Part shown: positions 8,916 to 17,830 of the stretch, piece after piece
Layout: every line of letters starts with the position of its first letter
Position numbering within the stretch: the first letter of the stretch is position 1
DNA from: an uncultured Acidobacteriota bacterium
GTDB lineage: Bacteria; Acidobacteriota; Thermoanaerobaculia; Multivoradales; JAHEKO01
DNA length: 64,000 nucleotides
Direction: 5' to 3'
Assembly: GCA_963713825.1 (NCBI GenBank)
Contig: CAVQNG010000003.1
Coordinates: 1,376,001 to 1,440,000, forward strand
The notes under the pieces: model-generated
What the model saw: the letters and a program-made list of their open reading frames with translations, nothing else
Told to the model about the DNA's origin: nothing
The model's database searches: none
Position numbers and translations under genes: made by a program

Positions 8916-10301
8916 CTACCGAGAAATCCAACGAGATCGGCGACGATCCACGGGCAGCTCCGACGTGAACCGCTGCAACTCCGCCAGCAGGGGGTCGTCT
9001 TCGGCCTTGTCTCCGATGATGAGAACGAAGGGCTCGACCTCCAGGTGGGCCGGCTCCGTGGAGAGCTTCCAATAGAGAATACCGGCGAGAAAGTCGCCTC
9101 CCATGGCCAGATTCGCTTCGTAGAGCCCCCTGACAGCCTCTGCCCGCTCGGATGGTTCGTCAGGCTGCTCTTCCCAGATCATCAAGCGGGAGCCCGACGG
9201 TGACGACAGCACCGAGAAGCCGTTGGCCGCCCAGGGCTCGATCGTCGAGTTGGCTCGACGCGTGTACCCGAGCTCAGTGAACAGGACTCTGTGAGCTGGA
9301 ATGCCCTGACGGACCCGCAAGGCATCGACGGTCTGGAGGATATTCGTCCAGCGAGTCTTGAAGAGGGAGGTTCGTGACCGAACGCTCGTATCTGGCAGGT
9401 CGCGTTTCCGAAGAGGAAAGTAGGCGTTGATGCTGATCAGATCGAGCTTGTTCCAGAAGCTCACCGATTCGAACTGATCGAAGTTGGCGGCGTAGGTCAG
9501 CGGACCTCTGTAGACCTCTCGAACCCTCTCGATGAGCTCGGTCCATCGTCCTGCAGCCAGTTGTCGCCGCGCGTTGACTCTCGCCACCGGATCTGTCGCG
9601 TCGAGGAACGAGACCTCTTCGGCCCAATGGGCGTGGGCTGTGGCCCGATCGTCGAGATAGGGCTCGATGCCCTCGTATCCTTCGTTGCCACGGACCCAGA
9701 TCTGCTTGCCCTCGATTGCCTCGCGGTGCTCGAGGACTCTGGCGTTCTCGCGCTCTACCTTCTCCTCGTTGGACCAGTACTCCTCGAGGGCTGGCAGCTC
9801 GTCGACCGATACCGTATTGGTCAGCGAGTTGAGCTCACTGCCGATCGCCAGCACGTCGATCCCCTCTTCTTCAGCGATGCGGGCCCATTTCAGAACGTAG
9901 TCGCTGTAGCGATCGAACCATTCGTTCAGGGCGTCGTCGGAGTCCGGCATGATCATGCCGTGCCAGAAGAACTTGTTGCGCTCGAAGGCATGGTCGAGAG
10001 CGACGCGGAGCACCAGGGCGACGTCCAGACCTCTCCTTCTGGCGGCACGGGCCTCCGCGATGACCCAGGGCTCCTCTTCCTCCCACCAGAGGTTGGTGGA
10101 ATCCCAGTCCCCCTGCTTGGCATAGACGGTCACCGCTACCGTGTTCATGCCACTCTCCGCCAGGGCGCGCACCCAGGCATCGTGATCGGGCTCGTTGACC
10201 TGAATGCCGCCCAGATAGAAGACGGGGCCGGTCGATCGGAGGGCCAGGAAGAGCCCGATTCCCGCCAGCAGGACTGCAAAAATGGTCAGGAGGCTTCGCA
10301 A
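8916..10301 (-). CDS. Glycoside hydrolase family 113-like TIM-barrel protein, N-terminally anchored
   Basis: WFDRY, IGSEL (acid/base), LTYAANFD, INAYFPL, FTELGY (nucleophile), GILYWK. Confidence 0.75.
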   Translation of the reverse strand: MRSLLTIFAVLLAGIGLFLALRSTGPVFYLGGIQVNEPDHDAWVRALAESGMNTVAVTVYAKQGDWDSTNLWWEEEEPWVIAEARAARRRGLDVALVLRVALDHAFERNKFFWHGMIMPDSDDALNEWFDRYSDYVLKWARIAEEEGIDVLAIGSELNSLTNTVSVDELPALEEYWSNEEKVERENARVLEHREAIEGKQIWVRGNEGYEGIEPYLDDRATAHAHWAEEVSFLDATDPVARVNARRQLAAGRWTELIERVREVYRGPLTYAANFDQFESVSFWNKLDLISINAYFPLRKRDLPDTSVRSRTSLFKTRWTNILQTVDALRVRQGIPAHRVLFTELGYTRRANSTIEPWAANGFSVLSSPSGSRLMIWEEQPDEPSERAEAVRGLYEANLAMGGDFLAGILYWKLSTEPAHLEVEPFVLIIGDKAEDDPLLAELQRFTSELPVDRRRSRWISR

Positions 10302-10395
10302 AAGGCTGTCCAGGTGTCTTGGTGATCTGTGCCATAGACCAGCTGTGACACTGAGCCGAGAATTCTATAGGTTCGAAAGGAGATCGAGCTCACCA

Positions 10396-11151
10396 GTGTC
10401 TTTCTATCGGATTCGCCGCCTGATCGGGCCTCTGTTGCTGGCCGCTGTCGCCTTGACCACGATTGCGTGGTTCATGCAGGGACGGCTCGTGACCTCGGCC
10501 GAGGTCGAGTCGGCGCTGCTCCAGGAGCCGGCGCAGGGAGACACCACACGAGAGCCCTTCGAGTTCGAGTACAAGGGGCAGCAGTGCAGGGTGAAGCCGG
10601 TCGCGACCTACGACTTGTGGGGCCTCGTTGTCAGCCACAACAACATCGAGAGTTTCGCCGACATCTACCATGACAGCACCTCGGTCGATACGAAAGACCT
10701 CTGCGTCATCTGGGGAAGCAACCTCGAAGGTGACGACTTCAGAGAAGTCGAGTTCAAGAGCGGCTCGTGGACCTGCTATTTCCGCTACCCGATGGGCGTG
10801 AAGTTCGCCCACCACGAGCTGGGAAACAACCACCTGATCACCGATGACCCCGAGATTCGGGAACAGATCGCCCAGGTCAAGATCGGCGACCAGATCCATC
10901 TGCAGGGGCTGCTGGTCGACTATCAGATGGACGACTGGGAGAGCTTCTGGAGACGCTCCAGCACCGTACGAACCGACAGCGGGTGTGAGGTGATCTTTGT
11001 GGAAGGCCTCGAGGTTCTCGAACGGGGAACCCCAGGGTGGTACACGGCCTACCGCCTCGGGAAGGTACTGATCGTGGCGCTGCCGATCCTTTACCTTGTG
11101 GTCTTCTGGCTCGAGTCGGGTAGCTCCAGCAGTCAACTCGGAAGACTCTAG
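10396..11151 (+). CDS. Hypothetical membrane protein (N- and C-terminal TM helices, periplasmic domain)
   Basis: Probable GTG start at 10396; hydrophobic ends; KDLCVIWGSN, NNHLI, GDQIHLQGLLV, CEVIFV motifs. Confidence 0.7.
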   Translation: MSFYRIRRLIGPLLLAAVALTTIAWFMQGRLVTSAEVESALLQEPAQGDTTREPFEFEYKGQQCRVKPVATYDLWGLVVSHNNIESFADIYHDSTSVDTKDLCVIWGSNLEGDDFREVEFKSGSWTCYFRYPMGVKFAHHELGNNHLITDDPEIREQIAQVKIGDQIHLQGLLVDYQMDDWESFWRRSSTVRTDSGCEVIFVEGLEVLERGTPGWYTAYRLGKVLIVALPILYLVVFWLESGSSSSQLGRL

Positions 11152-11190
11152 CCTGCCGTTTCGAAACCCAGGCCCGAGTGCCCAGCCAAT

Positions 11191-12024
11191 CTACTGCCAG
11201 GTCAGCAGGAACAGGAGGGTGAACAGGATGCTGAGCGCCAATTGCCTGTAGCCGATCCTCGACGGCTTCCAACCGGTCGCGGGACGGGTGAAGCAGCACA
11301 TGGCCTCGAACCACTGCGGCAGGAAGGCTACGAAGAGCCACCGCGAAGTGATTCCGGCGACTCCCAGGGTCCCCGCCGTCAGAAGATTCAGACTGCAGAG
11401 GGTCAAGGCCGGCAGGGTCATTCTCAGCAGTTGTCGCGGCTCGGGGCGGACGGAAAGTGATCGCTGCTGCAGCCGCAGGAAGACGCAGATCACCGAGGCA
11501 GCAGATTGTGCCCACGCCAGGGCCCAAAGAAGCCAGCCGAAGGCGTCTGGCCTACCCATACCTATCCAGAAGCCTGCAGTAGCAGCCAGAGCCAGAACTG
11601 CGGTAGCCAGTAGCGCTACCAGGATTTTGCCTCGTTCCTCGCGTCGAGTTACCAGGTACAGGTGCCAGAAGAAGACCAGCAGTCCAGGAATCGCCAGACC
11701 CAGAACATAGGTGTAGCCGGTCAGGTGCAGACCCAGCATCATCAGGACAGCGACCGAGGAGTAGAGCACGGCCCAGAGCAGCGCTGGTGTCAGATCCTCT
11801 TCAGAGCGCCGACCACTCAGCGCCTTGACTGCGACGGTGGTGGGCTGACGGAGGAGAAAGCCGCAGAGAGTCGCAACGATCAGATAGAGGTGTGCCGTTT
11901 GCAATCTCCCCCCGGCCACCACTCCAATGAGGAGCGGGCTCAGCACGAAGACCCAGGACCCGTGGTCGCTGGGCCAGAAGATGCTGCGGCGCCAGAATCT
12001 CGCTTTTCCTCTGTTACGACTCAA
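11191..12024 (-). CDS. YwiC-like family membrane protein
   Basis: PSDHGSWVFVLSPLLIG and C-terminal IGYRQL motifs; multi-TM; TTG start overlapping the upstream stop (TTGA). Confidence 0.75.
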   Translation of the reverse strand: MSRNRGKARFWRRSIFWPSDHGSWVFVLSPLLIGVVAGGRLQTAHLYLIVATLCGFLLRQPTTVAVKALSGRRSEEDLTPALLWAVLYSSVAVLMMLGLHLTGYTYVLGLAIPGLLVFFWHLYLVTRREERGKILVALLATAVLALAATAGFWIGMGRPDAFGWLLWALAWAQSAASVICVFLRLQQRSLSVRPEPRQLLRMTLPALTLCSLNLLTAGTLGVAGITSRWLFVAFLPQWFEAMCCFTRPATGWKPSRIGYRQLALSILFTLLFLLTWQ

Positions 12025-12824
12025 GGGATCAGGGCCTGCCAATCGACGGGCTCGGGACTCGAAAGGACCTCCGGAGGCAGCTCGTCCAGCACGGCAATGT
12101 CGGTGTGACCCCGTTCGCCGCGATTGTCCGAGAGGAGGATCCTGCCGTAGCGTTGCCAATTGTGCCAGGGTGACGAGAATCCGGGTTCTTCGTCTGTGGC
12201 CTCAGCATAGTAGTCCCACTGTTCCACCAGGCCGCTGTCTGCCGCGACATAGACCATGTACTTGTTCTGGGGTGTGCGTCCGACGGCCTCGAATGTGAGT
12301 TGCAGGATTTCGGCCGGGCGATCGTCCAGCATCTGGCCCGTCCCCAGGTACTTCAGAGTCACGCCGGAGTCCTTGAGCTTGTATGGCATGAACATCCAGT
12401 AGCTGTCGTTGATCCAGACGCTCTCGCCGTTCTCGAGCATCGCCGATAACTCGTCGGGGTCGTTTACAGCGGTCCCATCTTTCCAAGCCCGACCGTCTCC
12501 TGTGTGCAGATTCATGAGGATCAAGTAGGGGAGCTCCGTTTCGCGATCGACACCTTCGATCCGGATGTCACCGGTTTGCTTGTCCCAAAGATGACGCCGT
12601 CGGCCGAAGAAGCTCCATGTCAGGAAGCGACTTTCGTCCCAGGCCTGGCGCCCCCCGAGCTCGACCATGACCCGGTCGGCGATCTCGATGGCCTGCGGGT
12701 CGGAGCCCTGCAGATCGAAGCCTTCCGCTGGGGGGTTGGGTTCCGCGGCCTGTAGAGCCGCCCCAGCTGCGGCTAACAAGGTGCAAAGAACGAGCGTTGT
12801 CAGAGTCGTCGGGCGCATGGCCAT
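12021..12824 (-). CDS. Secreted hypothetical protein (DUF6503/LolA-like fold)
   Basis: Signal peptide; IADRVMVELGGRQAW, WINDSYWMFMPYKLKDSGVTLKYLG, VGRTPQNKY; RBS AGAGGAGG. Confidence 0.7.
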   Translation of the reverse strand: MAMRPTTLTTLVLCTLLAAAGAALQAAEPNPPAEGFDLQGSDPQAIEIADRVMVELGGRQAWDESRFLTWSFFGRRRHLWDKQTGDIRIEGVDRETELPYLILMNLHTGDGRAWKDGTAVNDPDELSAMLENGESVWINDSYWMFMPYKLKDSGVTLKYLGTGQMLDDRPAEILQLTFEAVGRTPQNKYMVYVAADSGLVEQWDYYAEATDEEPGFSSPWHNWQRYGRILLSDNRGERGHTDIAVLDELPPEVLSSPEPVDWQALIP

Positions 12825-12895
12825 CTGGACCTCCTCTCGAGAAAGACCTCGAGTTCTACGAAGCGCGGTTCAGGTTTCCGAGACGTGCTTCTGAA

Positions 12896-13588
12896 TCAGA
12901 AGGGCACGTCCACAGCATCGCACAGAAATTCGACCAAAGGGCCGCCTTTTCGGCAGAGCTTCCAGTACTCCTTCAAGAATTCGGGATCTCCCGCGGTCTT
13001 CGCGTCGAAGTTGGCCACACCGATGAAATCCTTGCGCTTGAGATCGTCGATCATGGGATGGTCGGGATCGTAGCCCTTGGGCGCTCTCTTCAGAGAGTCG
13101 CCGGCAAGCTGGAATGTGTCCGAGAAGCCCTTCGAGCCCGAGATCTTCTGCCAACGCCGTGGCTGCTCATCGATCGCGCCGCGAATTCCCGCCAGGGCGT
13201 TGCTGTCCGGGTGCCAGATGCCGACGCCGGCAAAGCAGCCCTCAGGATCGAGGTGGAGGTAGAAACCAGGGGCGTGGACGTCCTTGCCTTGCTTGTGGCG
13301 GAACTGAATTCCGACATGGGTTTTGTAGGGAGTCTTGTCCTTGGCGAAGCGGGTGTCTTTGTAGATGCGAAACATCGAGCCACCGGAGGGTCGGGGGTCG
13401 GCGAGAAAGTGGGGACTGATCTTGCGCAATTGGGGCCCGAAGTCACTGATGAACTGCTGCGCAGGATGTCTCACGTCGTCTTCGTAGCGCTGCTTGTTGG
13501 CCTGAAACCACTCGCGTTGGTTGTTTTGCTTCAAGTCCTCGAGGAACCGGAAGAACGCGCGGTTGAAATAGGTCTGGTGAGAGGGCAT
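12896..13588 (-). CDS. DUF2461 (TIGR02453) family protein
   Basis: FLEDLKQNNQREWF, FRIYKDTRFAKDKTPYKTH, PGFYLHL, LKRAPKGYDPDHP. Confidence 0.9.
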   Translation of the reverse strand: MPSHQTYFNRAFFRFLEDLKQNNQREWFQANKQRYEDDVRHPAQQFISDFGPQLRKISPHFLADPRPSGGSMFRIYKDTRFAKDKTPYKTHVGIQFRHKQGKDVHAPGFYLHLDPEGCFAGVGIWHPDSNALAGIRGAIDEQPRRWQKISGSKGFSDTFQLAGDSLKRAPKGYDPDHPMIDDLKRKDFIGVANFDAKTAGDPEFLKEYWKLCRKGGPLVEFLCDAVDVPF

Positions 13589-13816
13589 GCTTGGTCTCCT
13601 TGTCAGTCCAGCTGTGGTTCTGAACGGCAGCTTTATCGTCTCATACGAACCTGGCAGGACTCGGGTTCTGGGCCTGGTGCGGAGCAGCGGAGACAGCGTT
13701 CTTCCGCCGGTGTAGACTACGGAACTGATCGGGGCTCTGGCCGACTCGACTGACAGTGGCTCCGATCATCGGGTCAGAAATATCCGTTCTCCACACAAGC
13801 TGACGACCGGAGGTCA

Positions 13817-14569
13817 ATGATGCGAAAGACAATTCTCTTGGGTGTTGTTGTTGCCCTTCTCGCTCTCCCGATGGTGGCCGAAGACCTGACGCTGGATCAG
13901 GTCCTGGCCAACCACTATGAGGCTCTTGGCGGCCTGGACGCGATCCGCGGCATGGACACGGCGACATTCGTCGGCCGGATGGCCATGGGCCCGGGGGCCG
14001 AGGCGCCGTTCAAGATGTACTTCAAGCGGCCGATGATGGCCCGCATGGAGTTCACCATGCAGGGCATGACCGGTATCCAGGCCTTTGACGGCGAGACTGC
14101 CTGGATGATCATGCCGTTCATGGGCAAATCCGACCCGGAAGTGATGGCCGACGATCAGGCCAAGAACATGAAGGAGCAGGCTGACATCGACGGACCCCTC
14201 ATCGATTGGCAGGAGAAGGGCCACACGGTCGAGCTCATCGGCCTGGAGGATGTCGATGGGACCGAGGCCTACAAGATCAAGGTGGATCTGGCCAACGGTG
14301 ACGTGCGGTACCACTTCCTGGACAGCGAGTACTTCATCACCATCAAGCAGGAAGGCAAGACCACAATGCAGGGCAACGAGGTGGAGTTCGAGACCATTCT
14401 CAGCGACTACAAAGAGGTTGGTGGTCTGATGTTTCCCCACTCCGTGGAGAGCAAGCCGAAGGGTGCGCCTGCTGGTCAGGTGATCACGATCGACGAAATC
14501 GAGGTCGGCATCGAGGTGTCCGACGATATGTTTGCCATGCCTGCACCGACCGCTGAGGCGGCCGAGTAG
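13817..14569 (+). CDS. Secreted LolA-like (lipoprotein-sorting fold) protein, Met-rich
   Basis: RBS GGAGG, signal peptide; EALGGLDAI, QAFDGETAW, SDYKEVGGLMFPHS, DDMFAMP. Confidence 0.75.
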   Translation: MMRKTILLGVVVALLALPMVAEDLTLDQVLANHYEALGGLDAIRGMDTATFVGRMAMGPGAEAPFKMYFKRPMMARMEFTMQGMTGIQAFDGETAWMIMPFMGKSDPEVMADDQAKNMKEQADIDGPLIDWQEKGHTVELIGLEDVDGTEAYKIKVDLANGDVRYHFLDSEYFITIKQEGKTTMQGNEVEFETILSDYKEVGGLMFPHSVESKPKGAPAGQVITIDEIEVGIEVSDDMFAMPAPTAEAAE

Positions 14570-14584
14570 CCGGGGAGGGAAACC

Positions 14585-17500
14585 ATGAAGAGCATGCTCT
14601 TGAAGACAGGCATCCTGGTGGTTGCCTTGATCGGGCTGGGCCTGCCGGCTGCGGCCCAGGTCGAGATCGACTCGAGTACTTTTGGTGGCTTGTATGCCCG
14701 CTCTATCGGTCCGGCGATCATGAGCGGCAGAATCGCCGCCATCGACGCTGTGGCGGAGGATCCCCTGACCATCTACGCCGGTGCTGCGAGTGGCGGCGTC
14801 TGGAAGTCGAAGGACGGCGGCCTGACCTGGAATCCGATCTTCGATGACTACATTCAGTCCATCGGCGCCATCCGGATAGATCCTCAGGATTCGAACACAG
14901 TCTGGGTCGGCACCGGGGAGTCGTGGGTGCGCAATAGCGTCTCAGTGGGCGCTGGCGTCTACAAAACGACGGACGGAGGCGACTCCTGGACGTTCGTCGG
15001 ATTGAAAGAATCGGAGCGCATTGCCCGCATCGTTATCGACCCCGACAACACCGATACGGTCTTTGTCTGCGCCACGGGGCAGCTGTGGAGTGCCAACGAG
15101 GAGCGGGGCGTTTACAGGACCACGGACGGCGGTGAGAACTGGGAGCAGGTACTCGGGGTCGATGAGAACACCGGGTGCTCGGATATCGCGATCGATCCCC
15201 AGAGCCCCAACATTCTCTACGCCGGCATGTGGCAGTTTCGGCGCTACCCCGACTTCTTCGAGTCGGGTGGTCCTGGCAGCGCACTCTACAAGTCGACCGA
15301 TGGCGGCAAGAACTGGAAAGAGTTGACGACCGGTCTGCCCGAAGGCGAGAAGGGGCGAATCGCGGTCACTGTTGCGCCGAGTCGTCCGAGTCGCGTCTAT
15401 GCCGTCGTCGAGGCCGAAGAGACGGCCCTCTACAAATCGGACGATCTGGGAGAAAGCTGGGAGGAGATGAACAACTCTCTGTCGGTCAAGAGTCGTCCTT
15501 TCTACTTTGCCTATGTGGTGGTCGATCCGGAGGATTTCGAACGCGTCTACAAGCCCGGGTTCTACCTGGGAGTCTCGACGGATTCCGGCAAGTCCTTCAC
15601 CTCGATCTTGAGCGGCGGGTTCGACATGGCGGTGCACAGTGACCACCATGCGCTGTGGATCAACCCCGACAATACCCACGAACTGATTCTGGGGACAGAC
15701 GGTGGTGTCTATATGTCCTACGATCGGGCCGCTCACTTCCGGCTCATCAAGGCGCTGCCGATCTCGCAGTTCTACGAGGTGAGCTACGACTTCGACAGGC
15801 CTTACAACGTATTCGGGGGGTTGCAGGACAACGGTTCCTGGATGGGTCCCTCGCAGTCGGCCGGCGGCATCGAGAACAAGGACTGGACCCTGGTCGGGCA
15901 GGGAGATGGATTCCATACCTACCGAGACCCCGAAGAGACCGACATGATCTACGCCGAGTTCCAGGGTGGAAACCTGACTCGCTATCACCTGGCAACAGGA
16001 GAGTCCAAAGAGATTCGGCCGCTGCCTGGCGAGGGTGAGGAGGACTATCGATTCAATTGGAACACTGCGCTGCATCTGTCGCCGAGCACTCCGGGCACCC
16101 TCTACTACGGGGGGCAGTATTTGTTCCGGTCTCCAGATCGAGGCGAGTCTTGGCAGAAGATCTCTCCGGACTTGACGACCAACGACCCCCAACGGCAGCG
16201 TCAGATGGAGACCGGTGGGCTGACGTTGGACAACTCGACGGCCGAGAACAACGCCACGATCTACACGATCTCGGAATCGCCCAGAAACTCCAAGGTGCTG
16301 TGGGTTGGTACCGACGACGGCTTGGTGCAGGTGACCCGAGACGGCGGGGAGAGCTGGACCAACGTGACCGCGAACATCCCGGACTTGCCGCAGGGCCTCT
16401 GGGTTTCTCACGTCGAGGCCAGCTCACACGAGGAGGGTACGGCACATGTGTCCGTGGACGGGCACCGGTCGGGCGACATGGGCACCTACCTCTACCGAAC
16501 GACCGATTTCGGATCGACCTGGGAGTCCATCGTCAGTGAGGGGGTCGAGAGTTTCGCCCATGTCGTAGCACAGGACCCGGTGAATCCCGACCTTCTGTTC
16601 GCCGGTACCGAGTTCGGGTTGTACGTCACCTTGGATGGTGGCAACCGGTGGGCCCGTTTCAAGGGTGGTCTGCCGCCAGTGCCGGTGCGGGATCTGGATA
16701 TCCATCCACGCGATCACGACTTGATCGTCGGCACTCACGGTCGGGGCATCTACATCTTGGACGACCTGACTCCTCTTCGCGCTCTGACGGCGGAGACCCT
16801 CGAGGCCAATCTCGCCTTGCTGCCGGCTCGTGACGCCGTCATGGCAGTTTCGGGTGGCATGTCCTGGTTCACGGGCAGCGACGAGTTCTCGGGCAGGAAC
16901 CCCCCTGAGGCGGCGAGCATCTTCTTCTATCAGAAGAAGCGGCACATCTTCGGCGATCTCAAGGTCGAGATCTACGACTCCGCGGGCGAGCTGATCACTA
17001 CGATTCCCGCACCCAAGGTGAAGGGTCTGAATCGGGCAGACTGGCCGATGCGGCTTCCTCCACCCAAGCTACCTCCCGCTACGAACCTGGTCTTCGTCTT
17101 CCAGGGTCCGCGAGTGCCGGAAGGGACCTATACCTACAAGCTGATCAAAGGCAAGGACACCTTCGAAGGGACCGTAAATCTGGTGGCGGACCCCCGTTCG
17201 CCACACTCGGCAGAGGATCGGAAGTTACAGCAGGAGACTTCCCTCGAGCTCTACGCTGCTCTGGAGGGCCTGACCTACGTCATCGACACCCTGATCGATG
17301 TCCGGGACCAGGCCAAGGGTAGAGCGGAGGAGGCGGGCGGTAAGGGCGGGCTGGCCAAGAATCTCGAGACCTATGCCGACGAGTTGGAGACGTTTCGGGG
17401 CTCTCTGGTCTCCACGGCGGAGACCGGTTGGATTTCGGGTGACGAAAAGCTGCGGGAGAAAATGGGCAACCTGTTCGGCGGCATCGTCAACTACGACGGG

Positions 17501-17770
17501 CGTCCGACCCAATCGCAAATCGACCGGAAGGATGTGCTTATCGGTCAACTGACGACGGCCGAAGCCCGGTTTGGGGAGCTCACGACGAGTCGGGAGCTCA
17601 CGTCCCTGAACTCGCAACTGGAGGGTAAGGGCCTGGAGGCCATCACGGTCATGAGCCGCGAGGAGTGGGAGGAGAATCAGGAATCGAGCGGCGCTTCCTC
17701 GTCAGGAGTGAGTGCCAAGCGTCTGGCTGGAATCATGTCGAGCCGGGCACTGATGCCATTGGGCTTCTAG
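14585..17770 (+). CDS. VPS10/sortilin-like BNR (Asp-box) repeat beta-propeller protein, putative glycosyl hydrolase
   Basis: RSIGPAIMSGRI; many SxDGGxxW Asp-boxes; RPFYF, HSDHH, QDNG, RFNWN motifs; helical C-terminus. Confidence 0.88.
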   Translation: MKSMLLKTGILVVALIGLGLPAAAQVEIDSSTFGGLYARSIGPAIMSGRIAAIDAVAEDPLTIYAGAASGGVWKSKDGGLTWNPIFDDYIQSIGAIRIDPQDSNTVWVGTGESWVRNSVSVGAGVYKTTDGGDSWTFVGLKESERIARIVIDPDNTDTVFVCATGQLWSANEERGVYRTTDGGENWEQVLGVDENTGCSDIAIDPQSPNILYAGMWQFRRYPDFFESGGPGSALYKSTDGGKNWKELTTGLPEGEKGRIAVTVAPSRPSRVYAVVEAEETALYKSDDLGESWEEMNNSLSVKSRPFYFAYVVVDPEDFERVYKPGFYLGVSTDSGKSFTSILSGGFDMAVHSDHHALWINPDNTHELILGTDGGVYMSYDRAAHFRLIKALPISQFYEVSYDFDRPYNVFGGLQDNGSWMGPSQSAGGIENKDWTLVGQGDGFHTYRDPEETDMIYAEFQGGNLTRYHLATGESKEIRPLPGEGEEDYRFNWNTALHLSPSTPGTLYYGGQYLFRSPDRGESWQKISPDLTTNDPQRQRQMETGGLTLDNSTAENNATIYTISESPRNSKVLWVGTDDGLVQVTRDGGESWTNVTANIPDLPQGLWVSHVEASSHEEGTAHVSVDGHRSGDMGTYLYRTTDFGSTWESIVSEGVESFAHVVAQDPVNPDLLFAGTEFGLYVTLDGGNRWARFKGGLPPVPVRDLDIHPRDHDLIVGTHGRGIYILDDLTPLRALTAETLEANLALLPARDAVMAVSGGMSWFTGSDEFSGRNPPEAASIFFYQKKRHIFGDLKVEIYDSAGELITTIPAPKVKGLNRADWPMRLPPPKLPPATNLVFVFQGPRVPEGTYTYKLIKGKDTFEGTVNLVADPRSPHSAEDRKLQQETSLELYAALEGLTYVIDTLIDVRDQAKGRAEEAGGKGGLAKNLETYADELETFRGSLVSTAETGWISGDEKLREKMGNLFGGIVNYDGRPTQSQIDRKDVLIGQLTTAEARFGELTTSRELTSLNSQLEGKGLEAITVMSREEWEENQESSGASSSGVSAKRLAGIMSSRALMPLGF

Positions 17771-17801
17771 CAGCCGGCTCGAACTTGTTCGTAAGATGGT
17801 G

Positions 17802-17830
17802 GAAGCCCCCGGGTGTCCGGGGGCTTCTCT
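17802..17830. terminator. Probable intrinsic terminator between convergent genes
   Basis: gaagcccccgg-gtgt-ccgggggcttc perfect 11-bp stem followed by tctttatt. Confidence 0.8.
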
